Shown: piece after piece, positions 49,106-58,577 of the stretch
Position numbering within the stretch: the first letter of the stretch is position 1
How the letters are laid out: each line of letters starts with the position of its first letter
From: Bacteroidales bacterium
GTDB lineage: Bacteria > Bacteroidota > Bacteroidia > Bacteroidales > UBA932
DNA: 64,000 bases
Direction of reading: 5' to 3'
Assembly (NCBI GenBank): GCA_017427885.1
Contig: JAFRRW010000013.1
Span: 70,828-134,827, forward strand
Notes under the pieces: model-generated
What the model was told of the DNA's origin: nothing
What the model saw: the letters and a program-made list of their open reading frames with translations, nothing else
The model's database searches: none
Translations under genes and position numbers: made by a program

Positions 49106-51122
49106 TAAGGATTATGGATTCCTGAGGGTCGCCACTGCGGTCCCCTCCATCAAAATCGCCGATCCCGGCGCCAACGCCTCCGCCATCTGCTCGCTGATTG
49201 ACAAGGCTTTCGGGGAAGAAGTTTCCCTGCTGGCCTTCCCTGAACTCTGCGTCACCGGCTTCACCTGCGCCGACCTGTTCGGCCAGGACGCCCTTCTGGA
49301 TGCCGCAGAAAAGGCCGTCGGCCTGATCCGGGAGCACTCGAGGGGCAAGGACATCACCATAATCGTGGGGACTCCCGTCAGGTACGGCGGCGCCCTTTAC
49401 GACTGCGCCGTCGTGATCCGGAGCGGGAATATCCTCGGCGTCGTCCCCAGGATACATCCGGGCGAGGGAGGTTTCGGCCGTTTCGCCTCCGGGGCGGACT
49501 TCCTGACTCGTTCAGGCCTGGCCTCCAATCCTGTAAATGACGATGGCAGGAATCGTTTCAGGGAAGGTTTCTCACCTTTGGTTGAACTCTGCTCGCAGAA
49601 AGTCAACATAAGTCCCAACCTGATTTTCAAGGTGGGCGGGGCCAGGGTGGCCGTCGAGGTGGGAGGAGACCTGCTCTCTCCCGTACCTCCTTCTTCCTGG
49701 CACGTCCTGGCAGGTGCCGAAGTGATTGTCAACGTCGCCGCAAGCGAGGAACTGGTCACGAAGGACGCCCGCAGGAGGGAGATGGTGAAGGCCCAGAGCG
49801 CCAGGGGGATATGCGCATATCTCTTCTGCTCCTGCGGATACGGGGAATCCACGACTGACGTGGTATACGGCGGGGCCTCGCTCATATGCGAAAGGGGAAG
49901 GGTACTCGCCGAGGACGGGCGTTTCAAGATGGAGGACTCCCTCCTTGCCGCCGACGTCGACGTTGAAAGCCTCCAGGCCCTCCGGCGAGGGGAGGAGGCG
50001 TTCGGAGCCTTCACTCCCGAGGGTAAACCCGCGAAGGATTATCTCCTGTCTTATTCGACTGTTGAAGCCGGAGAGGCCGTAGATACCGATTTCGGCAAAA
50101 AACTTCTCCGTCAGGTGGATCCACATCCGTTCGTTCCCGACGGGAATCCTCTTGAAACTGGCCTCAGGGCTGAGGAAATACTGTCCATCCAGGTAACGGG
50201 CCTTGTCAGGAGGCTCTCGCACATAGGATGCAGGAAGGCCGTGATAGGCGTCTCCGGTGGCTTGGACAGCACTCTGGCCCTGCTCGTCACCGTCTTCGCC
50301 TTCGACAGGGTCGGTCTGCCGAGGGAGGGGATAATAGGTATCACGATGCCCGGTTTCGGCACCACGGGACGCACCCGTTCCAATGCGGAAGGCCTGATGA
50401 AAGCCCTGGGAGTGACTTCCCGCAAGGTGTCCATCGTCCCGGTCGTGAACCGTCATTTCAAGGACATCGGCCAAGATCCTCAGGTCCACGACGTTACGTT
50501 CGAGAACGCCCAGGCCCGCGAGCGCACCCAGATACTGATGGACATCGCCAACAAGGAGAACGGCCTGGTGGTCGGTACCGGCGACCTTTCCGAACTTGCC
50601 CTCGGCTGGTGTACCTTCAACGGCGACCATATGAGCATGTACGGAGTTAACGCCGGGGTGCCCAAGACACTGGTCAGGTCCCTGGTCAGGTGGGCGGCGG
50701 AGAACCGCTTCGGAGACGGCGCTCCGAAGGTGAGAGGCATCCTCCTCGACATAGTCGATACCCCCATCAGCCCGGAACTGACACCTGCAGGTTCCGACGG
50801 GAAGATCGCCCAGAAGACGGAAGACATCGTGGGCCCCTACGAGCTCCACGATTTCTTCCTGTATCATTTCCTGAGATTCGGCTGTCCCCCTTCGAAACTC
50901 TTCTTCCTCGCCTGTAAGGCTTTTGCGGGAACCTACGACAGGGAGACCATCCTCAAATGGCTCAAGGTCTTCTGTCGCAGGTTCTTCTCACAGCAGTTCA
51001 AGCGTTCCTGCATGCCCGACGGTCCCAAGGTCGGTACCGTGGGACTTTCCCCTAGGGGGGACTGGAGCATGGCTTCCGACGCTTCCTCCGCCGCTTTTCT
51101 GAAGGAACTGGAGGACCTATAG
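49095..51122 (+). CDS. nadE: Two-domain NAD+ synthetase with a degenerate glutaminase domain
   Basis: Synthetase motifs GVSGGLDS, ENAQARERTQILMD and SQQFKRSCMPDGP. CN-hydrolase domain retains FPEL but has VPR and EVGGD in place of VPK and EICED. Confidence 0.93.
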   Translation: MKNNKDYGFLRVATAVPSIKIADPGANASAICSLIDKAFGEEVSLLAFPELCVTGFTCADLFGQDALLDAAEKAVGLIREHSRGKDITIIVGTPVRYGGALYDCAVVIRSGNILGVVPRIHPGEGGFGRFASGADFLTRSGLASNPVNDDGRNRFREGFSPLVELCSQKVNISPNLIFKVGGARVAVEVGGDLLSPVPPSSWHVLAGAEVIVNVAASEELVTKDARRREMVKAQSARGICAYLFCSCGYGESTTDVVYGGASLICERGRVLAEDGRFKMEDSLLAADVDVESLQALRRGEEAFGAFTPEGKPAKDYLLSYSTVEAGEAVDTDFGKKLLRQVDPHPFVPDGNPLETGLRAEEILSIQVTGLVRRLSHIGCRKAVIGVSGGLDSTLALLVTVFAFDRVGLPREGIIGITMPGFGTTGRTRSNAEGLMKALGVTSRKVSIVPVVNRHFKDIGQDPQVHDVTFENAQARERTQILMDIANKENGLVVGTGDLSELALGWCTFNGDHMSMYGVNAGVPKTLVRSLVRWAAENRFGDGAPKVRGILLDIVDTPISPELTPAGSDGKIAQKTEDIVGPYELHDFFLYHFLRFGCPPSKLFFLACKAFAGTYDRETILKWLKVFCRRFFSQQFKRSCMPDGPKVGTVGLSPRGDWSMASDASSAAFLKELEDL

Positions 51123-51938
51123 GCTGATATCACTGACTGAGCCACTTTCCCAGCCGGCGATGTCTATGGACACGTCCCCGCCCGTAAGATCCATCCGGAC
51201 GGTGATGTCGTCAAGGTTCCTCTTGTTCCAGTCATAGCCAGACTCGACGATGAGCCTGCCAAGCGGAACTGAGTGTGACCTTCCGTCCTTCCTGTCTGTA
51301 AGTGTGAGCGTAAGCGAGGAATCCTTCTGCCTCGGGATCCTGGCGGACCGGACGTTTTCGCTTTTAACGTCAGGAACGAACCTGAAATTCCCTTCAACAG
51401 GGATCAGGTACCGGATGTCGACGCCCGCTACGTTCCCCGAGATTTCAAGGTCGTAAGGATAAGTCCCGTCCTTCAGCAATTCGAGTTCAAGTGTCAGCAG
51501 GCAGTAATCCTTCCTGAAGTCCAACAGGACGGAGGCCCTGTCCCCATTGCACGTTACGGTTTCCGAACCGAGGAAGACTGGGTCCGACTCCTCTCCTTCG
51601 GGTATCATCAGCCTGTCGCTTTCAAGCCGTCCTTTCCGGACTCCGCCGAAATAACAGACCGTATTTTCCCCTTTGGATACGTAGACGCTGTGCCCTTCAG
51701 GCTCGGCCGACGGATTGACCTCCTCGTCCTTCTGCAGGGATTCCCCCCTGTATATCCTGGCCCGGAACACGTCCCGCACCACTTCAGGGACCTCTTTGTA
51801 AATGAGGGTGAGAAGGCAAGGGCAAGGCCCCCGGTCCTCCTTGATGTCGCACGAAGGGGCGGCCGCGAGGAGAACCGTCAGGGCGCACAAAGCCTTTACC
51901 CTGAGCCGAAAACCGTGTGGGTGTTTTGCCCTTGTCAT
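51117..51938 (-). CDS. FimB/Mfa2-like fimbrial anchor lipoprotein
   Basis: Lipobox APSC followed by DIKEDRGPCPC, and C-terminal GYDW...L.DI.V...I.I.GW. Confidence 0.75.
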   Translation of the reverse strand: MTRAKHPHGFRLRVKALCALTVLLAAAPSCDIKEDRGPCPCLLTLIYKEVPEVVRDVFRARIYRGESLQKDEEVNPSAEPEGHSVYVSKGENTVCYFGGVRKGRLESDRLMIPEGEESDPVFLGSETVTCNGDRASVLLDFRKDYCLLTLELELLKDGTYPYDLEISGNVAGVDIRYLIPVEGNFRFVPDVKSENVRSARIPRQKDSSLTLTLTDRKDGRSHSVPLGRLIVESGYDWNKRNLDDITVRMDLTGGDVSIDIAGWESGSVSDISL

Positions 51939-51949
51939 TTCCTTGAATC

Positions 51950-53029
51950 TTATAAAGTCGGGTTGACTGCGGGCATCTCGACCCAGTCAGCAACAGAAAC
52001 GGTGAAACTCGCATTGGCGGCCGTGACCTGGGTGTCGTCGCTGGTGCTCCCGAGGTGGTTGATGGTTATCGTCTCGAAGGTGTACACCTTGTTGGCCTCG
52101 ATAGGGGCCGTGATGTTTCCGTCAGCATCCTTGGGATTGATGGTGATGGGGTAGTAGTAGGTCACGGGCGGTTTCCCGTTGGTCTTGAACGAAGTCTTTA
52201 TGCCGAGCCTCGTGGGCCTCGGGGACCAGGTCCCACCCTGCGCGTCGTCGTTCGTGTATTTGTTGGGGAAGACATAGAACCAGTTGGTGGTGGTGTAGGG
52301 CGACTTTTTCAGATTTGGCGTGCTGACCACGTCGGTGTGGACGGCGTCGAAGGTTCCGTCGTCGTATGCCATCTTGTTATACCATTTGATGGATTCCCAG
52401 TTGGTGAGGTCTTCGTCGTCCGTCCTCTTCACGTAATTGAATTCTCCGGGCACATTCAGCATATACAGGTCAGTAAGGGTAAGGACTCCGTCAGCCGAGA
52501 AATCGGAGCCCGCCAGGATCTTCTTGACGACCACCTTGGCCACCATCCTCTTCACCTGTACGTTGAGATTGGAACTGGCCGCGACGTCCGTTGAGAGATA
52601 TCCGTACATAGGGATGCCGCTCGTGGCGGTTACGGAATTGAGGTTGAGGGTCTTTTTGACCAGTTTGTCTTCGGAGTTCACGCTTGAGAGGCTGGGGGCG
52701 TTGACGATCACGTGGATGTGCTTTTCCTCGCCTACGGTGCACTCCAGGGTGTATTTGCCGTTGGAGTCGGCCGATGAGAACGACTTGTATGCGTCCCAGG
52801 TCCCGTTCGAATTGAATACGAAGATCTGTACAGATCCCTTGATGACGCCGTCGGCCTCGAATTCGGCCGAAGCCCTTGTCAGTGCCGATTCAGGGGTGTC
52901 GATGGAGAATGTGACGGAGGCTTTGGGTGCCCCGTTGTCCGGGACTTCAGGGTCCCGGGCCTCGTTCTTGGTGCAGCCGGCCAGGACGGCCAGTGCTGCG
53001 AGAGAGCAGATAATAAGTTTGTCTTTCAT
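51950..53029 (-). CDS. Type V pilus major fimbrial subunit (FimA/Mfa1-like) lipoprotein
   Basis: Lipobox LAGC, LTR|AS processing-like site, QIFVFN, IPMYG, KRMVAKV, YYYPI and C-terminal V.V.DW strand. Confidence 0.8.
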   Translation of the reverse strand: MKDKLIICSLAALAVLAGCTKNEARDPEVPDNGAPKASVTFSIDTPESALTRASAEFEADGVIKGSVQIFVFNSNGTWDAYKSFSSADSNGKYTLECTVGEEKHIHVIVNAPSLSSVNSEDKLVKKTLNLNSVTATSGIPMYGYLSTDVAASSNLNVQVKRMVAKVVVKKILAGSDFSADGVLTLTDLYMLNVPGEFNYVKRTDDEDLTNWESIKWYNKMAYDDGTFDAVHTDVVSTPNLKKSPYTTTNWFYVFPNKYTNDDAQGGTWSPRPTRLGIKTSFKTNGKPPVTYYYPITINPKDADGNITAPIEANKVYTFETITINHLGSTSDDTQVTAANASFTVSVADWVEMPAVNPTL

Positions 53030-53073
53030 AATTTTGATTAGTTAAGGAATTGGTAATATGATAATTATGTGTG

Positions 53074-55014
53074 TTAATCCTTTTCTTGGTTGAGTCCGTA
53101 TTCCCGGATCAGACGTGATATTTCCGGGTCCAGGTTCCCCCTGTAGATATAAGACGGGTCAAGGTGTACGGCCTTCAGATACTTTTCCACGGCTCCGCGG
53201 TCATCACCCCTCCTGGCTTCTATGAGGGCCATCATATAATCGGTCTTTGCGGTCTCTTCCAGGTCCTTGAGGATGTCCATCGCGCTGGCGTTGTAGTCCA
53301 TTGCGCAGAAGGCGACGGCAGAGTTGTAGTCGTGGTAGGGCCTGAGCAGGGTAACGGCCTTTTCATAGTCGTGGTCGATCAGGGCGCGTACGCCTTCGGA
53401 ATACACGGAGTCCACCACGGTAGTGTGTATGGTGTCCTTGATCATCCCCTTCCTGTGAAGGTGGAAGTCGAACTTCACCGTCCGCAGCCTTGGATACAGG
53501 GATTCCCTCATCCGGTGATACCCGTCAAGTGTGCGCAGGAACTGCTCCCTTTCGTCGGGGGAGAGCACCGAGGAAGATGCGTATGCCTCCTTGTCCTTAG
53601 CGGAAAGCAGGCTGTCCCTCATTACGAGTCCGTCCAGCATCTCCCAGTTCTCGGGGTTGTTTCGGGAGATGAACCTGATTTCCCGGGAAAGCCCCCTGGA
53701 GGCGTCGAAAGTCTCGTCCAGGTTGAATTCCCTGGAAGCCCTCAGGAGGGAATCCTTCCTGCGCAGGATGAATTTCGTGAAATAGTCCGACACGGCCTCC
53801 GCCCGTTTGAGGGAGAGCTTCTCGTTGAAGGGATAAGTCCCTTCCGGAGAGCAGGATGCCGTGACGATGATGGAATCCAGGTCGAACCTCGGATCGTCCA
53901 TCAGGGAGGTCAGGTTTTCCGTGATCCTCCAGATTTCCGGACCGTTGTTCCCGAAACCGGCGTCCACCGAATATCCTCCGGTAGGGAAGTCTATATAACA
54001 GGCGGTGTTGGCCGTGGCATCCCTTTCGATGACCTTCGTCACATATCTTTCGCTCTTGTCCGCAAGGGAACTGAGGGAACTGATGTAATAGGTGAGGGGT
54101 TCGCTCCTCGGGATGGAGTAGATGCTCCTGTCCTCTTCGAAGATCTCCCCTCCGAGGGTTATTCCTACCTTCCTGAGGGAGGGTTGTGTGTTGATCGTCT
54201 GCACGTATTCGTAGATGAAATCGCCTCCTCCGCCGGCTATGACGGTGTCGAGCCTGAGCCCTTCGGTGACGATAGGCACCTTGACGTATTTCCGGAACAT
54301 CCTGTCCTTCCCGGCTATCCTGCGGTCGTTGCGGCGGACGAGGTATTTGATCGTGTAATGCTCTATGGCCTCCCTTTCCGTAACCCCGAAGGCGGAAGTG
54401 AAATCCCTTTCAGAGACTATGGAAGAGTCGTTCCTGAAGGCGTAGAGGGCGGGGATGTTCCTTTTGATGAAGACCTCCAGCTGATGGATGTCCATCAAGG
54501 CCGTGGAATCGGTGACTATGCTTCCAAGGAATTTCCTGTAACGCTCATAACCCTTCAGCTGCGATTTCCTGTAGTTCTCACCGGTGATGACGACAGGCTC
54601 AAGCCGGATACTGTCTGAGAGCAGGAACATGTCGGGATAAAGCCGGATCTGCCACCTGCTGTCCTGCATCCCTGCCGGCACGGTGACCTGGAAACGCAGG
54701 TCCACCTTCCCGTGCCTTTCTGCCACGTTCCGGAACCTGGCGGTAATCACGGCGGCGTCGATGACGTCGGTCGCCACCATCTCCCCGTCCTGGTCTCTGA
54801 CGGCCTTCATTATCATCACTTCCCGTCCGTCGGGGTCCTCCACTTTCAGGGTGTCCCTGCGGAGCCTGGAAGTGTCCACTTTGGGAAGGACCGTTTCCCT
54901 GGGAAGGGACAGGGCCGCAGTCATCGAGGACTTGCGAAGGTCTTCCGCCTTCCGCGTATTGCCGCAGCCGGCGGCCGCGAGGGCCAGCATCGCTATGACA
55001 AGGTACTTTTTCAC
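53074..55014 (-). CDS. DUF3868/OmpA-like TPR lipoprotein of fimbrial clusters
   Basis: Lipobox AAGC, ASCSPEG...N.KLS.KRA OmpA-like motif, ENW..L, YPRLR and C-terminal TPR. Confidence 0.7.
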   Translation of the reverse strand: MKKYLVIAMLALAAAGCGNTRKAEDLRKSSMTAALSLPRETVLPKVDTSRLRRDTLKVEDPDGREVMIMKAVRDQDGEMVATDVIDAAVITARFRNVAERHGKVDLRFQVTVPAGMQDSRWQIRLYPDMFLLSDSIRLEPVVITGENYRKSQLKGYERYRKFLGSIVTDSTALMDIHQLEVFIKRNIPALYAFRNDSSIVSERDFTSAFGVTEREAIEHYTIKYLVRRNDRRIAGKDRMFRKYVKVPIVTEGLRLDTVIAGGGGDFIYEYVQTINTQPSLRKVGITLGGEIFEEDRSIYSIPRSEPLTYYISSLSSLADKSERYVTKVIERDATANTACYIDFPTGGYSVDAGFGNNGPEIWRITENLTSLMDDPRFDLDSIIVTASCSPEGTYPFNEKLSLKRAEAVSDYFTKFILRRKDSLLRASREFNLDETFDASRGLSREIRFISRNNPENWEMLDGLVMRDSLLSAKDKEAYASSSVLSPDEREQFLRTLDGYHRMRESLYPRLRTVKFDFHLHRKGMIKDTIHTTVVDSVYSEGVRALIDHDYEKAVTLLRPYHDYNSAVAFCAMDYNASAMDILKDLEETAKTDYMMALIEARRGDDRGAVEKYLKAVHLDPSYIYRGNLDPEISRLIREYGLNQEKD

Positions 55015-55028
55015 GGCGGGGAAGGAGG

Positions 55029-55376
55029 TCAGCGGTTGGACTGTATCACGGGCCTTTCTTCGAGGATGGTGACCTTGTCGGCCATTACTTCATAGGAGGT
55101 CTTGTCCACGCCGTCCTGCGTCTGGTATTTCTGCACGCGGTATCTTCCCACCACATACACTCCCATACCTTTCTCTATGAGGGAGACGTCGGGAATGTTT
55201 TTTCCCTCCCACGCCTGTACGCTGTGCCAGGAGGTCTCTATGACCGGGTCCCCGTTCTTTCCTTTGTAAACATAATCGGTTGCAAGTGAGAACCTTGCCG
55301 TTTTCCTGTCTCCGACCGTACGGACATTCGAATTGCCGACGATTCCCCGGAGTTCGATTCGGTTGAGCTGTTCCAT
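55029..55376 (-). CDS. ssb: Single-stranded DNA-binding protein, short form lacking the acidic tail
   Basis: Start MEQLNRIELRG.VG, FSLAT, ETSWH.V.AW and KG..VYV.GR. Confidence 0.85.
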   Translation of the reverse strand: MEQLNRIELRGIVGNSNVRTVGDRKTARFSLATDYVYKGKNGDPVIETSWHSVQAWEGKNIPDVSLIEKGMGVYVVGRYRVQKYQTQDGVDKTSYEVMADKVTILEERPVIQSNR

Positions 55377-55699
55377 TTTGAAGTTTTTAATAGTTTTTGA
55401 TTCAGGCGGGCTCCTGGCCTTACGGGCGGGAACCCGGTTGCAAAGTAAACGAGATTCCTTTTCAATGCCTTCGGGAGGTGGCGGGGCTGCCTGGTTTTTT
55501 TTGTCTTTTTTCCGGAATCTGCTTTTTTCTTCCGGTTTCACCACAGGGAGTTGGGTGGTGGAAAATATAACTTATGCATAAGGAAAAACTCCCGACGGGA
55601 AAGAAAAATGAATTTCTGACAATACCCCCGGAAACCTTTTGACCTTTTTGGAAAAAGGAGGGACAATGGCGAAATTGCCGTTGATAAAGAGAAGAGGAT

Positions 55700-56089
55700 A
55701 TGGAGGGTGGGAAACCTTATGGAAGCCAGGGAGTCCGCAGGTGCCTGGCGTGCGGGGAACCGATGTCGGAATATGGGAGGACAGACCGGAAATTCTGCTG
55801 TTCCCGCTGCAAGGACGAGTTCCACAACAGGAAGAAATACGACCTGAGGGGGATGAGGATGAGGGTGGAGACGGCGCTTTCAAGGAACCATTCCATCCTG
55901 GAGCGGCTCCTGGACGAGGGAAAGACGTCGGCGATGATAGAGGACCTGGTCCAGATGGGCTTTAAAACGGACTACGTCTCTTCATTCCACAAGTCGGGAG
56001 GAAGAGACGTAGTCTGGTGCTATGATATCAAGTACGTCCTGACAGGGACGAGGATCACGCGGATTGAGCGTCTGTCTTCGGTTCTTTGA
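55700..56089 (+). CDS. Zinc-ribbon hypothetical protein
   Basis: CLACG...GRTDRKFCCSRCK..FHN motif, a pattern typical of a Bacteroidetes hypothetical family. Confidence 0.7.
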   Translation: MEGGKPYGSQGVRRCLACGEPMSEYGRTDRKFCCSRCKDEFHNRKKYDLRGMRMRVETALSRNHSILERLLDEGKTSAMIEDLVQMGFKTDYVSSFHKSGGRDVVWCYDIKYVLTGTRITRIERLSSVL

Positions 56090-57347
56090 AGAGGAACAGG
56101 AAGGCGACGGCCACCACGAAGGCGTAACCCGCGAAAATGAACCAGGCCTTCTGCCAGCTGGGATTGGCGGCGTTGTAGACGACCGCGTTCACCACCTTGC
56201 CCGCCGCCCAGGTGCCTATGGAGGCTCCGAGGCCGTTGGTCATCAGCATGAACAGGCCCTGTGCGCTGGACTGGATGTCCTGGGACGTGTTTTTGTTTAC
56301 ATACAGGGAGCCGGAGATGTTGAAGAAATCGAAGGCCATACCGTACACTATGCAGCTGAGGACGAACATCCAGACTCCGTTTCCGGGATTGCCCGCTCCG
56401 AAGAGTCCGAATCGCAGAACCCAGGCGAACATCGAAATCAGCATCACTCCCTTGATTCCGAACCTCTTCATGAAGAAGGGTATGAGAAGGATGCAGAGTG
56501 TTTCGGACATCTGGCTTATGGAAATGAGGGCGTTGGCGTTCCTGGCGCCCCAGGCGTTGGCGTATGCGGGGATGTCCTTGAAGGATGTGATGTAGGTGTT
56601 GGCGTATCCGTTTGTGATCTGGAGGGCCGCTCCGAGAAGCATCGAGAATATGAAGAAAATGGCGAAATGCTTCTTTCCGAACAGCTTGAAGGCGCTGAGG
56701 CCGAGTGAATCGGCGAGAGAGGTGGATTCCCCTTTGGGCTTGCACGGGCAGTGTGGCAGGGTGAGGGCGTAGATGCTCAGTATCAGGCCGAGGATGCCGG
56801 AAACGTAGAACTGCCAGTAGCTGTGCTGGAACTGGAGTTCAGGGTTGGAAGGGTCGTGTACGAAATTCACGAACAGCATCGAGCAGATGAAGCCGACCGT
56901 ACCGAACACCCTGATGGGAGGGAAGTCCTTCACGGGGTCCTTGCCAAGGTTCTCAAGGGCGAAGAAGGCCACTGAGTTCGAGATGGCTATGGTGGGCATA
57001 TAGAAAGCCACGCTGACCGTGTATATGGCGTAGAACGTCCAGAAATTGAACTGGGGCGTGCCTATGAACCTTGAAGCGTAGAATCCGAACAGAAGCATGA
57101 AGGCTCCGGCTATCAGGTGGCAGATGGAGAGGACCTTCTGTGCGGGAATCCATTTGTCGGCGATTATGCCCACGAGGGCCGGCATGAAGATGGAAACGAA
57201 ACCCTGGGTGGCGAAGAAAAGCCATATCCTGGGGCCGAGACCGGAGGCTCCGAGGTAGCCGCCCATCGAAGTGAGGTAGGCCCCCCACACTGCAAACTGC
57301 AGGAAATTCATTATAATCAGCCTCAGGCTGATGTTGTTATTCTTCAT
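56055..57347 (-). CDS. MFS nucleoside:H+ symporter (NupG/XapB-like)
   Basis: FLQFAVWGA, FPPIRVFGTVGF, SQMSE and YGMAFDFF. Confidence 0.9.
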   Translation of the reverse strand: MKNNNISLRLIIMNFLQFAVWGAYLTSMGGYLGASGLGPRIWLFFATQGFVSIFMPALVGIIADKWIPAQKVLSICHLIAGAFMLLFGFYASRFIGTPQFNFWTFYAIYTVSVAFYMPTIAISNSVAFFALENLGKDPVKDFPPIRVFGTVGFICSMLFVNFVHDPSNPELQFQHSYWQFYVSGILGLILSIYALTLPHCPCKPKGESTSLADSLGLSAFKLFGKKHFAIFFIFSMLLGAALQITNGYANTYITSFKDIPAYANAWGARNANALISISQMSETLCILLIPFFMKRFGIKGVMLISMFAWVLRFGLFGAGNPGNGVWMFVLSCIVYGMAFDFFNISGSLYVNKNTSQDIQSSAQGLFMLMTNGLGASIGTWAAGKVVNAVVYNAANPSWQKAWFIFAGYAFVVAVAFLFLFKEPKTDAQSA

Positions 57348-57427
57348 ATGGTGCTAAATTTGAAAATGTGTCTGACAAATTTAATCAGAATTCCCAGAAA
57401 AAACATTATATTTGTTAAACTTTAGGG

Positions 57428-58567
57428 ATGAAATTCTTGCTGGAAAAGACTGATGCCGCCTCCCTGGCGAGATGCGGGACCGTCACCACCGACCATGGGG
57501 TGATCCAGACCCCCATCTTCATGCCCGTCGGCACGGTCGGATCGGTGAAAGGAGTCTATCACAGGGACCTCGTGGAAGACGTCCGCGCCCAGATAATCCT
57601 CGGCAACACCTACCACCTCTACCTCCGCCCCGGCCTCGACGTATTGAGGAAGGCCGGAGGGCTGCACCGTTTCGAGGGCTGGGACGGCCCCATTCTCACG
57701 GACAGCGGCGGTTTCCAGGTGTTCTCCCTCAGTCCTATACGCAAACTGACACCGCAGGGATGCACTTTCTCCTCCCATATCGACGGCTCGTCACATACTT
57801 TCACCCCCGAGAACAACGTCGACACCCAGAGGATCATCGGGGCCGACATCGTGATGGCACTGGACGAATGCTGTCCCGGCGACGCCGATTTCCGGTATGC
57901 AGAGAAGTCCCTGCGCCTCACTCAGGAATGGCTGGACCGCTTTTCCGCAAGGTTCGAGGCCACGGAACCGCTTTACGGCCATTCCCAGACGATGTTCCCA
58001 ATCATCCAGGGCTGCGTCTATCCCGAACTCCGAAAGAGGGCCGTGGACCACGCCCTTTCCCTGGACTGCGACCTCCACGGAGGCTATGCCATCGGGGGGC
58101 TTGCCGTGGGGGAACCGGTGGAGAAGATGTACGAGATGCTGGAACTGGTGTGCCCCCTCCTGCCTTCCGGCAAGCCAAGGTACCTTATGGGTGTGGGGAC
58201 CCCGGTGAACATACTCGAAGGGATTGCCAGGGGAATCGATATGTTCGACTGCGTGATGCCCACCAGGAACGGCCGCAACGGGATGCTGTTCACCTGGAAC
58301 GGGATAATGAACATGAGGAACGAGAAATGGAAGGAGGATTTCTCTCCGATAGATCCGGAAGGCGCCTCGTTCGTAGACAGGAAATACTCCAGGGCCTACC
58401 TGAGACATCTCTTCATTTCCGGCGAGATGTTTGCCGGGATGATTGCCAGCGAACACAACCTCGCCTTCTACCTCGACCTGGTGCGCCAGGCTAGGGCGCA
58501 CATCCTCGAAGGGGATTTCATCAGATGGAAGGACAGCGTGGTCCCGAAACTGGCCAACAGGCTTTAA
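57428..58567 (+). CDS. tgt: tRNA-guanine(34) transglycosylase
   Basis: TPIFMPVGT, TDSGGFQ, GGLAVGE and FDCVMPTRNGR. Confidence 0.96.
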   Translation: MKFLLEKTDAASLARCGTVTTDHGVIQTPIFMPVGTVGSVKGVYHRDLVEDVRAQIILGNTYHLYLRPGLDVLRKAGGLHRFEGWDGPILTDSGGFQVFSLSPIRKLTPQGCTFSSHIDGSSHTFTPENNVDTQRIIGADIVMALDECCPGDADFRYAEKSLRLTQEWLDRFSARFEATEPLYGHSQTMFPIIQGCVYPELRKRAVDHALSLDCDLHGGYAIGGLAVGEPVEKMYEMLELVCPLLPSGKPRYLMGVGTPVNILEGIARGIDMFDCVMPTRNGRNGMLFTWNGIMNMRNEKWKEDFSPIDPEGASFVDRKYSRAYLRHLFISGEMFAGMIASEHNLAFYLDLVRQARAHILEGDFIRWKDSVVPKLANRL

Positions 58568-58577
58568 GAAAAATGTG

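Noticed and set aside
49515-49570. Imperfect hairpin in a ~22-aa insert of NadE as another element
   Set aside because: Pairing is fragmentary and there is no family core motif
57428-58567. Queuine-salvage (eukaryote-like) TGT
   Set aside because: Has the standard bacterial DEC and GGLAVGE motifs
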